Source: Schmidtea polychroa
Taxonomy: Eukaryota
Direction: 5' to 3'
Length of the DNA stretch: 64,000 nucleotides
Assembly (NCBI GenBank): GCA_044892525.1
Contig: CM097886.1
Coordinates: 126,046,001-126,110,000 of the forward strand
Shown piece after piece: positions 56,001-63,495 of this stretch. Within the stretch, counting starts at the first letter, position 1. The number at the start of each line of letters is the position of its first letter. Position numbers and translations under genes: made by a program. The notes under the pieces were generated by a model. It was not told the origin of the DNA. It searched no databases and was given only the letters and a program-made list of their open reading frames with translations.

Positions 56001-58044
56001 TATTCAATTTGGGAATGATGTATCAACCTTAAATTTTGTGGATTATAACAGGTACCATTAAACTGTACCTCGTACAAAATCTTGAAAGAGAATGCAGGCA
56101 AGAAAAACAACTTTTGAAAATTCTATCCAAAATAAATTTAAAACCACAAATTGTTTTAATCTTATTTTAAACTTACCTGTATACCCATATACATTGGGTC
56201 ACGTAGAATTATCTTGTCCACAAAACGTAGTGGACGCAAAGTTTAAGAAGCTTTGATAAGAGACGACGCCCAAAATTATAACAAAGTACTATAATCGGAA
56301 ACCGATGGTTACCAGGGCCGGCGTTACGCACAGGCAGAGCAGGCGGCCCTCGCCTTTTTAATACTTAATTGCAAAAATTGAAAAACAAAATTCAAATTTA
56401 AAAAACAAAAATAAGTGTACAAAGAATAATCTCGGAAAAATCAATAAAGCGATTTCATTATAACATTATTGCTATTTCCCAGAGCTTGTATAGGCACTAG
56501 GCTATAGAAAATTTTAAACTTTATTATATGACTACTAGATTAAGGTGTCCAATTTTTTCTATATGTAATGCCACTGAATAGTGGCTAAAGAAAGTAAAAG
56601 AGTTTTTCTTTGTTTAAAGGTCATCGATTTGAAACAAAACCACAAAAATTAAAGTTGTTGTTACTGTAATTATTCCTGATTTATTTTTATATTTAATTAT
56701 TATTATAGTTTAAGGTAATTTTATCTAATATAAATTTGCTTTTTTGTGTATTTGCAAGTGAATAATTAAAAATTAAATCTGTGTTTTTGTTATTGCACTT
56801 AATTCATCTACTCGTAGTATTTATGCTTTATAGTTCATAAGAAAACTGTTTTTTACTTTTTTCACTAGGCCGTAGGACGGCAAAATAAACCTTGCCTGTG
56901 GCATCAAAAAGTCTAGGACCGGCCCTGATGGTTACCCTACTAATATATTATAAATTACATAGATAAAATAAATAATCTTTATGTCCTGTGTAATTTCTGT
57001 AAGTGGCTAATTTGTTTTGACATATTTTGAAACAGCGCTCAGCAATGATAATAGCGATTTCATTGGCTGCAAATGGAATATATATTTCAAAATTCCATAG
57101 CTTATGATGGAAATGAAATTACCAGATGAGGAAAATTGTGTTGACCTAGAAATTATATATAAAAAAAGCTTTACAAATCTCATGACGCTAGAGCTCATCA
57201 TTCGATTTTTCGTGGCTTCAGATAAATCAATCATAAGTTCTTACAGTTAATTGGCATTACCTAGATGTAAAATGGCTCCTAGTTTATTGAGACTTTGAAA
57301 ATGTATAATGGCAATAGATAAAATGATGTAATCAGTACATTTGTTTAAATAAAACCAGTTAAAAGAATCGTGGGTGGTCAGATGCAACTACGGAGTTTCT
57401 TAGCACGATACAAGTAGCAGAGCATTGATATGGCTTTTATCCGGCAAAAGAAAAAGGATGATCATATCAATATTGAAGATCAGCAATCAATTGGAGATTT
57501 ACGAAACTTTTTAAATTATAGATTTATTCTATCATAATTAATTGATTTTATGATTAACTGATTTATTAATTTTCATATATTATCCGTAAATGTCAATAAA
57601 TAATTAATAATGATAAAATAATAATCAATCCCATTCTATGCCAATTACCACAAGGCCCTCGAAATTAATTACAATTCAATCCCCAAAACCATTCAATGCT
57701 GTAGACATAATGCAAGACGAACATTGAACAATCCAATACAAAATGGCGGTTACTCGATGACAGGATTGAATATTCGAAAGGCAATCATTATTATCAAATT
57801 TCAATTTCATCATTTACAATAATATAATAAACAAAAGAAATCAACAAAAACTTACGATGCAAGCATTATCCCGGGTGTTTTTATTCAGGAAAAATGAACT
57901 AAAAACCGATCAAAATTCAATTCAACATTACTCATATTTGATTTACTTTGTCTGAGTTAATAAGAAACTTTGTATTTGCAGTGGGATATAATTAGATTTG
58001 TTGGATTCATCAAATGCTTTAGATGGTTTGGCATAATTTGTCAT
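5952..58044 (-). CDS. unc80: UNC80 homolog (NALCN channelosome scaffold), multi-exon gene, whole span
   Basis: Spliced translation gives recalled UNC80 motifs in colinear order: [44 protein letters not shown]; [23 protein letters not shown]; [14 protein letters not shown]; AWELLLE; [13 protein letters not shown]; [19 protein letters not shown]; [13 protein letters not shown]; [10 protein letters not shown]; [15 protein letters not shown]; [14 protein letters not shown]. Most junctions are in-frame GT-AG; a few near 36.9-40.2 kb, 44.6-45.5 kb and the gaps are uncertain. Confidence 0.95.
7300..7850 (+). pseudogene. Degenerate retrotransposon gag-like fragment
   Basis: [19 protein letters not shown] resembles the gag DQF...I..KLL region. 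Many stops. Confidence 0.35.
8440..9700 (-). mobile_element. Internally deleted Ty3/Gypsy element (gag start joined to integrase C-terminus)
   Basis: [28 protein letters not shown] resembles the gag start at 58683. Removing the 8619-9075 insert restores [20 protein letters not shown]...RNVEWLK, which is integrase-tail like. Confidence 0.72.
8619..9075. mobile_element. hAT MITE
   Basis: Perfect 14-bp TIR CAGTGCTCGAAGTG / CACTTCGAGCACTG and 8-bp TSD TCCAGGAC (8611-8618, 9076-9083). Confidence 0.95.
10233..10595 (-). CDS. unc80: unc80 exons 10443-10595 and 10233-10392
   Basis: [40 protein letters not shown] continues in phase 0 from 12436. Largely missed by the ORF track. Confidence 0.8.
10630..10706. 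repeat. (ATT)n microsatellite
   Basis: Pure TTA/ATT run. Similar runs occur at ~16135-16200, 33955-34000, 35865-35920 and 44020-44075. Confidence 0.95.
12436..13527 (-). CDS. unc80: unc80 exons 13291-13527, 13115-13244, 12729-13051, 12436-12678
   Basis: [14 protein letters not shown]|[33 protein letters not shown]. In-frame introns of 46, 63 and 50 nt. Confidence 0.88.
15250..15882 (-). CDS. unc80: unc80 exons 15666-15882, 15399-15608, 15250-15345
   Basis: LLDQKSM|[20 protein letters not shown] and RNLDWDS match the recalled C-terminal region. Introns of 57 and 53 nt. Confidence 0.88.
15987..16135. repeat. Palindromic element FB-B, short derivative
   Basis: Inner arms 16014-16031 / 16041-16058 (18 bp) and outer arms 15987-16006 / 16062-16081 (20 bp). 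Its tail runs into (ATT)n. Confidence 0.8.
16540..16830 (-). pseudogene. Degenerate Penelope GIY-YIG region
   Basis: [54 protein letters not shown] aligns by eye with the 34870-35374 element. Confidence 0.75.
18099..19326 (-). CDS. unc80: unc80 exons 19024-19326, 18750-18977, 18596-18703, 18434-18544, 18099-18388
   Basis: [61 protein letters not shown]|DFCY. Introns of 45-51 nt. Confidence 0.93.
19680..20040 (+). pseudogene. Actin pseudogene fragment (intronless, about residues 190-300)
   Basis: [31 protein letters not shown], then after a frameshift [32 protein letters not shown] and [14 protein letters not shown]. Confidence 0.9.
20200..22790 (+). mobile_element. Degenerate BEL/Pao LTR retrotransposon (gag Cys cluster, protease, RT)
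   Basis: [10 protein letters not shown] knuckle; VNALLD protease; [14 protein letters not shown]; [14 protein letters not shown]; [13 protein letters not shown]; YMED (degenerate YVDD). Truncated at ~22790. Confidence 0.88.
20849..21497. mobile_element. Non-autonomous hAT element inserted in the BEL/Pao copy
   Basis: CAGAGCCG ... CGGCTCTG termini and 8-bp TSD GTGGGAAT (20841-20848, 21498-21505). Internal minus-strand transposase remnant [30 protein letters not shown]. Confidence 0.92.
23489..24024 (+). mobile_element. 3' end of a Tigger/pogo-like transposon
   Basis: [43 protein letters not shown] is a typical Tigger C-terminus. Candidate right TIR ...GAGTTATACCTG followed by TA. Confidence 0.7.
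24835..26637 (-). CDS. unc80: unc80 exons 26485-26637, 26242-26429, 26113-26196, 25994-26062, 25845-25949, 25079-25175, 24835-25034
   Basis: [59 protein letters not shown]. In-frame introns of 44-55 nt. Confidence 0.92.
25594..25803. repeat. Palindromic element FB-B, long form (left part lost in gap)
   Basis: AATCAGTAATATATCGATGTTTGTT..TTTTCGGCACTGCCT / AGGCAGTGCCGAAAAT..AAACAAACATCGATATATTACTGATT hairpin, then the shared tail. Confidence 0.8.
28410..30237 (-). CDS. unc80: unc80 exons 29853-30237, 29583-29801, 28924-29171, 28662-28872, 28410-28605
   Basis: [62 protein letters not shown]. All junctions are in-frame GT-AG. Confidence 0.92.
33250..33760. repeat. ~29-bp minisatellite with alternating A/B monomers
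   Basis: About 17 units. AAATTAAAGTAAATTATGGTTCTAAAAATT alternates with AAATTACAGTAAATAATGGTCAAAAATTTT. Confidence 0.9.
34188..34620 (-). CDS. Protein-primed family B DNA polymerase C-terminal fragment (Polinton PolB)
   Basis: [46 protein letters not shown] is the typical Polinton PolB C-terminus, followed by an acidic tail. Confidence 0.9.
34725..35400 (+). mobile_element. 5'-truncated Penelope element with open GIY-YIG endonuclease ORF (34979-35374)
   Basis: [15 protein letters not shown] linker, [31 protein letters not shown] ... RIKEAILI...PKIN. Confidence 0.9.
35773..35865. repeat. Right half of palindromic element FB-A
   Basis: Near-identical to the loop and right arm of 43862-44020. 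Followed by (TAA)n. Confidence 0.85.
35950..36188. mobile_element. piggyBac-type MITE
   Basis: TTAA-CCCTTTCTAAGG ... CCTTAGAAAGGG-TTAA. Confidence 0.88.
36236..37196 (-). CDS. unc80: unc80 exon cluster (low-complexity region ending [12 protein letters not shown])
   Basis: Ends in the conserved PW motif. Splices in phase 2 across a 6-kb intron to KTNFVCNH at 30237. Internal boundaries are partly ambiguous. Confidence 0.72.
36783..36851. repeat. (TA)n microsatellite in an unc80 intron
   Basis: Pure AT dinucleotide run. Confidence 0.95.
37617..37826. mobile_element. piggyBac-type MITE
   Basis: TTAA-AACGTTCACGTCGGCG ... CGCCGGCGTGAACGTG-TTAA; the TIR has 2 mismatches. Confidence 0.8.
38990..39350 (+). 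pseudogene. Penelope GIY-YIG remnants, partially tandem-duplicated
   Basis: [11 protein letters not shown] at ~38992 and [16 protein letters not shown] at ~39270. Resembles the 62747-63253 family. Confidence 0.75.
39721..39905. repeat. Palindromic element FB-A (diverged full copy)
   Basis: AAACAATTAAATGATAAGTTAAGCCTTTTGCTGC ... GCAGTAAAAGTCTTAAATTATCATTCAATTGTTT, followed by ATT repeats. Confidence 0.8.
40210..41610 (-). CDS. unc80: unc80 exon cluster (..41107, 40898-41050, 40765-40839, 40573-40711, ~40210-40521)
   Basis: [25 protein letters not shown]|[24 protein letters not shown]|[15 protein letters not shown]|[15 protein letters not shown]. Introns of 56, 58, 53 and 51 nt. Gap at 41298-41478. 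Confidence 0.9.
41892..42377 (-). mobile_element. Non-autonomous hAT (Buster/Charlie) element
   Basis: CAGGGGTTCCCAA / TTGGGAATCTCTG termini with a degenerate TSD (CTCTACAG / CTCAATAG). Internal [45 protein letters not shown]. Confidence 0.88.
42834..43212. repeat. Tandem duplication, period ~211 bp
   Basis: CAATTTCTTTTTCCATCATATAT...AAGAATACAAAAACGCTGCTT...ACAAAAATTATATTATAACAAAACAAAT present at 42834 and 43045. Confidence 0.85.
43862..44020. repeat. Palindromic element FB-A (near-perfect hairpin)
   Basis: 68-bp arms 43871-43938 / 43950-44017 with one mismatch and an 11-nt loop. (ATT)n immediately follows. Confidence 0.92.
44590..48281 (-). CDS. unc80: unc80 exon cluster (47825-48281, 47383-47784, 46791-47335, 46141-46748, 45834-46096, ~45482-45774, then exons after the gap to ~44590)
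   Basis: [36 protein letters not shown] and [15 protein letters not shown] motifs. In-frame introns of 40, 47, 42, 44 and 59 nt. The N-gap at 45297-45465 makes the 3' exons uncertain. Confidence 0.88.
48542..49287. mobile_element. piggyBac-type non-autonomous element
   Basis: GTAA-CCCTTTG ... CAAAGGG-TTAA. Short TIR and a mutated left TSD. Confidence 0.55.
49930..50210 (+). pseudogene. hAT transposase fragment
   Basis: [25 protein letters not shown] resembles the ZMYM1-like hAT motif FFxxVQxIYxxFSxSxKRW. Confidence 0.5.
50558..51536 (-). CDS. unc80: unc80 exons 3-5 (51272-51536, 50843-51240, 50558-50797)
   Basis: Conserved UNC80 N-terminal region incl. [12 protein letters not shown] and [11 protein letters not shown]. 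In-frame introns of 31 and 45 nt. Confidence 0.93.
52035..52105. mobile_element. 71-bp mini piggyBac-type MITE
   Basis: TTAA-CACTTTAAAGACCG ... CGGCCATTAAAGTG-TTAA. Confidence 0.75.
52244..54425 (-). mobile_element. hAT Buster/SPIN-group (GTF2IRD2-like) transposon, transposase disrupted
   Basis: [69 protein letters not shown], broken by stops and frameshifts. Terminus CAGTAGTCATCAATCCTGTGCCCGCGGGC at 54425. Confidence 0.92.
54426..54647. mobile_element. Right half of the 56313-56927 MITE family
   Basis: Near-identical to ~56709-56927, ending ...GCACCGACCCTG. Confidence 0.85.
56313..56927. mobile_element. hAT MITE
   Basis: TIR CAGGGCCGG / CCGGCCCTG and 8-bp TSD ATGGTTAC (56305-56312, 56928-56935). 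Confidence 0.95.
57856..57898 (-). CDS. unc80: unc80 exon 2 ([14 protein letters not shown])
   Basis: 43-nt exon ending at a GTAAG donor. Splices in phase 0 to SLERVL at 51536, giving ACISLERV (cf. ASCVSFERV). Confidence 0.8.
57947..58044 (-). CDS. unc80: unc80 exon 1 ([32 protein letters not shown])
   Basis: ATG at 58044. IPLQIQSFL resembles the recalled UNC80 N-terminal IPLPIQTFL. A 48-nt GT-AG intron follows. Absent from the ORF track. Confidence 0.8.
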
Positions 58045-58682
58045 GAAATTCGTTTTCAGGATTTTATATCCAAATCAAATTTAAAATTCCATTTTAAGTT
58101 CAACCTTAAAATGATTAAATTAGTTTGGTAAAACAAATACAAACAATTTTAATATAATCTACAGAAATAGATTAAATAAATTAAATTTTTTTCGCTTCTA
58201 AAATTTTTTCTTTTTCTATTTAAAAATTTTAATATTTTCCCTTTGGAATTTTAATTTGATTGATTTGAAGAAAATTTATATACTCTACTTTGTTTTTTCA
58301 CTGGCTTATAAGTACAAGCCACCACATACTACTACAATTATTTTTTAAGTGGTTTACAGAAACAATTAAAGTGAAGAAAAATATATATGACTATAGCAGT
58401 TGTAAGGAGTTAGTAAACCCCTATATAGAATTATTATGGTTAAATGGTAGAAGTGAGATCAGTTAGTAGAAATAATTATTTCTGTTAAATTTTTATATTT
58501 AAATTCTATATTAAATTATATCATATTATATTAAATTAAATCAATTGAATGTATGAATAGTAATTACATTAATATTAATAATTATCACGCCTCGGTGTTT
58601 AAATTCGCTAGTAAACGGCACAATTTTGAAGTTGTTATAAAAATAAATGCTTGAAGAAGATTTGAATTTAATTGCGTCAAAT

Positions 58683-61241
58683 ATGGCGACCACGACCACG
58701 GATTTATTGATAATCAGACTATTACCTGAGAAATTTCACAAAGGCGATGATTTAGAAAATTTTGTCAAAGGTTTTTTGGCGCGACAAAAACAACAATTAG
58801 GATGCAAGTAATATTAACGACAACATTACTTGACAGATTGCTAATGGAAGATTATGAAGCAGCTGAAGGAAAAACTATGGAAGAGAAACTTAGATGTGCT
58901 TTTTCGAAACCGACATCATTAATAGATGATCTAAAAGAAGCTTTGAGTTATGAACAAGGATCAGATTCAGCCGAAACTTTTATAGAGAAAATTAAAAAGA
59001 TGACAAAGAAATTAATAGCGCACAAATGGGATGAAGAAGAAATAGAAAAATGCCTGCTTACAGACTGTGTAAGAGATCGAGAAGTTAAAAAAGAGATCGA
59101 GATGAAAGATTTGAAAACATCAGAAGAAATAAAAGCGACTATATAGAAATTAGAAAAGGTAAACAAAATTATGGGTCATATTAATGTTGTGAAGACTTCA
59201 CCGGTTGTTCAAAACTACAGAAGCTACAGAGATGTTGCTCAAAGAGGAATGGTAAACGGAAATAATAATTTCAAGCAGCGAAACGTCAGTAACCGACAAT
59301 TAAAATGCTGGACATGCAAGAAAACTGGTCATATTAGTCGAGAATGCCAAATGAAAAAGAAAATGACGTGTTTTGCATGCGGAGCTGAAGGCCACGTACG
59401 GCGAGAATGTTCAACGATTCAATGCCAGAGATATCACTTACGTGGACACAAGGAGATTGACTGTTATACTTATTTGGAAAGAAGGAAGTTTCAAACTAAT
59501 TCAAACATGAGAAACAATAATTATTATGCCCATCGAACCACAAGCTATCAACAAAAGATCAACAATCCAGGAAGAACAATTGCACCAATTGAAGCTAATG
59601 ATTCGACGATGCCACTGAAGTATTCAGATGATGCAGAGGACAAATATGAGGATATTCAGCACCCAAAAGTACATGCTTCGACACGGGAGGCAATGATCGG
59701 AGCAATATACTAGGTAATTTTGATATTGATGTAAATATTGGTCATAAAAATTTTAATAGTGTAAATAATCCTTATATATAATAATGTAGAACCTTTATGT
59801 AATAAAATTTGTAATTTTAAAAAGTTTCCTTTAAATAATTTTAAATGTTATAGTTATTTTAATGCTGATCGATCTTTAATAAATAATAATAATAATCATA
59901 AGAATCAAGAAGAGTATAATGAAAATAAAGAAGTAGAATATAATAATAAAATAGTAAATGAAAAAGTTTATAAATTTATTAAAAAGGCAGAAGATAAATT
60001 AGATAGGAATGAAATTGGGTGGATTAATTAAATATCAGAGGAGCAAAATATTTTTACTAAAGATGAATGGAAACGACCGATACTGAGTTATGACAAAATG
60101 CAAGGTAGACCGAGTACAAGCCTTGAAATTCAGGGCTATAAAAAGGAATGTTTACTAGATACAGGAGCAAGAGTAAATGTAATGGCAGAAGCAGTTGTGG
60201 ACAAATTAGTGAATATGAAAATCATAAAAACAGATGAGATGTTAAGATGTGCAAATGATAGTAAATTAGAGACAATCGGAAAAATTCATATTGATGTTAG
60301 AATTGGTAATATGGAAAGAAAAATAACATTTATAGTAGTTTAAAATATTGTTCCAGATATAATAAGCGGAGTGGAATTGCAGAAAGAGGTTGGAATTGAA
60401 TTAAACTACATCAAGCAAAATGAAGAAGGATATAATGAATTTGTGTGTGAAATAGAAGCTAGATTTGGGGAAAAGATTACAGATAACGAGAGATGTCAAA
60501 AAGCAATAGAAATTCTAAGATTAAACGGAAATAAAAGACTGTTAGAGATTGCTAAAAACAATAAAAGTGTTTTTATGGCTGATAACTGGGATATTGGATG
60601 TACTGATTTAATTGAACATAAAATCATCACAAAAGAAGGGCCAATTATGATAAAACCCAGAAGACAACCCATCAATTTAGAGGAGAAAATAAATGCTGCT
60701 ATAAAAAATTTAGAAAATAATGATATCATAAGAAGATGTAATTGACCTTAGAATACGCCGTTAGTATGCGTGTGGAAAAAAGTCAAAAAAGATATCAGAC
60801 TTTGTTTAGATTTTAGACAGGTTAATAAGATTACTGAAAGACAAGCTTTTCCTATGCCGAATGTAGAAGAAATTCTAGATACATTACATGGATCTAAGTA
60901 CTTTAGTTCTATAGACCTTGGGAACGCTTATTATCAGGTGAAATTGGACATAGAATCGCAAGAAAAGACAGCATTTTCTACTAAAGAAGGGCAAGAATTA
61001 GAATTAATTAATGACAAAAATATTGAAAGATCTATGGAAAGAAGGAGTTATGGTGTATTTAGACGATATTTTAATTTTTACAAGAACAATTGAAGAACAT
61101 TACAATTTGTTTGGAAGAGTTCTAGAGAAAATACGGGAAGCTAAATTGAGAATCAACCCAGAAAAATATCAGTCATTAAAGAGTGAAGTAAAGTTTTTAG
61201 GGCACATTATTAACAGTCAGAGGATTCGGACAGATCAATAA
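58683..61241 (+). mobile_element. Degenerate Ty3/Gypsy retrotransposon (gag, protease, partial RT), 3' truncated
   Basis: CWTCKKTGHISREC and CFACGAEGHVRREC knuckles; CLLDTGARVNV protease; IRLCLDFRQVNKIT, YFSSIDLGNAYYQV and VYLDDILIF RT motifs. Multiple stops and frameshifts. Confidence 0.95.
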
Positions 61242-61437
61242 ACACGTTATGGGAAGTAGTAATCTGTTTATCATACTTATTTTTGTTCAAATTCCTTAGA
61301 ATTAATTTTCTCCCAGCTATTGCTGTGAAGCTTATACCATCTTTACAAGCCAATTTAGCGATTTCTTGATCAATTGAGTACAATTTTATGAAATCTTCAA
61401 GAGTTTTTTGTTTTTTGTGAAAGTTCTATACCAAAAT

Positions 61438-62120
61438 AGTAGATGGATTGGGCACCGCTGGCACAGGGCACCGCTAGCACAGTACCCCCTCCCCCCGGCC
61501 GGAAAATTTAAAAAAAAAATTTTTTTTCAAGGTCAAATTTTAAACAAAGACATATGACTCATCAAGGCCAAAAATTTCCAAGGTCATTTAAACAAAGCTT
61601 ATGACTCACCCCATGACTCATCAAGGTCGAAATTTTTTCAAGGTCATCTGAGTCATCTTATGACTCATCAAGGACATTTTCAAGGTCGCATGACTCATCC
61701 AAGGTCATTCCTAAGGTCATATGAGTCATCGCGATGATTCATCAAGGTCATACTATTATTTTTAAAAAATATTATTATTTTTATTATTATTTTTAAAAAA
61801 TATTATTATTTTATTATTATTTTTTCAAAATATTATTAAGTGTGCTAGCGGTGCCCTGCTATTTGGCATGCCAAAAGTTATCGTTCCCATCATTTTATTT
61901 CATCGATCGATAGCTTATTTTGAAGCTGAGTGCAAGACCTTTCGAAGGAGCTATTGAAGGTATCATCATCATTAATATTGACAAAGTTATTAACATTTTC
62001 CCGAGACAATTTTCAAGGTCATTTGACTATTTTATTATTATTTTTTAAAATATTTTTTTTTTCAAGGTCATATTTTAAAATTTAAATTTACAGAGTTCCC
62101 GCCAACGAAAATTATTCAAC
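61438..62120. mobile_element. Putative transposon (Polinton-like) terminus with motif-rich repeats
   Basis: AGTAG start, C-tract, dense TGA(C/G)TCA and CAAGGTCA motifs, 18-bp inverted repeat 61464-61481 / 61841-61858. No coding evidence. Confidence 0.4.
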
Positions 62121-62746
62121 GATAGCTTATTTGAAAGCCCAATCCAAGACCTTTGAGCCATATATATNNNNNNNNNNNNNNNNNNNNNNNNNNNNNNNNN
62201 NNNNNNNNNNNNNNNNNNNNNNNNNNNNNNNNNNNNNNNNNNNNNNNNNNNNNNNNNNNNNNNNNNNNNNNNNNNNNNNNNNNNNNNNNNNNNNNNNNNN
62301 NNNNNNNNNNNNNNNNNNNNNNNNNNNNNNNNNNNNNNNNNNNNNNNNNNNNNNNNNNNACGTGGCAATGATTTAATAATACAGAAACGCCAACCCAATA
62401 AATTCAACATAAACTCGATATATTTCAATTGTACAACAATCTTCGTCAGGCCGCAATCTGGATCAATAATAAGACATAAAATATGCAATATCTAAACAAA
62501 TTAACTAATAATAATCATCTCCAAACTGTATCAAAAATTTTTAAAAAAAATATTTCAAAAAAAAAATATTTTAAAAAACCAAACCATATTTTACATAGCC
62601 CTACATACATATTATTTTAAAATTAAATTTTAATTTAATAACATTTAACATTCAACATAAAATTAACAAATTTAAAAAAATTACATAGTTTACAAAACAC
62701 AAACATAATTATACCACAAACACGACTCCCAACCTTCATCCTTCAA

Positions 62747-63253
62747 TTACTTAAACACATTCAAGATCTCCCTGGAACGGACAACTTGATCATTTATTTT
62801 TGGATTTAAATATCTAATCAACAATGCCTCACAAGTTACTCGTTCCCAATAATTACTTAAACCTTTTGAAATAATTTTAAAATCAGAGATACATATTTTT
62901 TTACTGACACATTTCCTAACATGATTGCTAATATTAGTGCATCCTTTTGGTCGACAGTGTTCAAGAACTCGGGTGCAGAGATGACGGGCAGTCTCTCTAA
63001 TGTATATGGCATTACACCCATTACATGAAAATTGATACACGAGCTCAGAACACAAACCAATTGGCGTTGGACATTTACTAGTAAACATACTACTAACTTT
63101 GCAAGAAGTGGAAACAATCCTGAATTGATCCTTGTCTACATATTTGAGAATTTTATGTTTAAATTCTCTGAAACCCTCAGAATAAGGCAATACTAACACA
63201 TATTTCGGTTCCATGCGATTGGATCGATTCTTGTCACTTTCCGAATTTAACAT
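62747..63253 (-). CDS. Penelope GIY-YIG endonuclease region
   Basis: VLVLPY..LVYQFSCNGCNAIYIRETARHLCTRVLEH..DFKII..EALLIRYLNPKIN. The second Gly of the YIG motif is mutated. Confidence 0.88.
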   Translation of the reverse strand: MLNSESDKNRSNRMEPKYVLVLPYSEGFREFKHKILKYVDKDQFRIVSTSCKVSSMFTSKCPTPIGLCSELVYQFSCNGCNAIYIRETARHLCTRVLEHCRPKGCTNISNHVRKCVSKKICISDFKIISKGLSNYWERVTCEALLIRYLNPKINDQVVRSREILNVFK

Positions 63254-63421
63254 AGTACTTTCCTCAGGATCAATAGATACCTCAGACTTGTTGGTATTCG
63301 TACGTAAGATTTTTTATCAAAATTTGTGATAATTTGACTGATTCAATTTGATGGAGTTATTGTTAATTCGTTTTATTATATATACTCTGAGTTTATCCGA
63401 CAAGAAATTTTCTCCCTCTAT

Positions 63422-63495
63422 GGGTACTGTTCACAATTGGTACTGCTCGTAAGGGTACTGTTCACAATTGGTACTGCTCGTAAGGGTACTGGTCG
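63422..63495. repeat. 31-bp tandem repeat (2 copies plus a partial)
   Basis: GGGTACTGTTCACAATTGGTACTGCTCGTAA x2. Confidence 0.85.

Larger units (their letters stand above)
9890..62359. other. Assembly gaps (N): 9890-10053, 12026-12232, 17623-18040, 25463-25593, 30546-30673, 41298-41478, 43701-43840, 45297-45465, 62168-62359
   Basis: Runs of n in the sequence. Confidence 0.99.

Noticed and set aside
61245-61437. Possible hAT transposase piece (EIAKLACKDGISFTAIA) on the minus strand
   Set aside because: A single short resemblance from memory with no termini.
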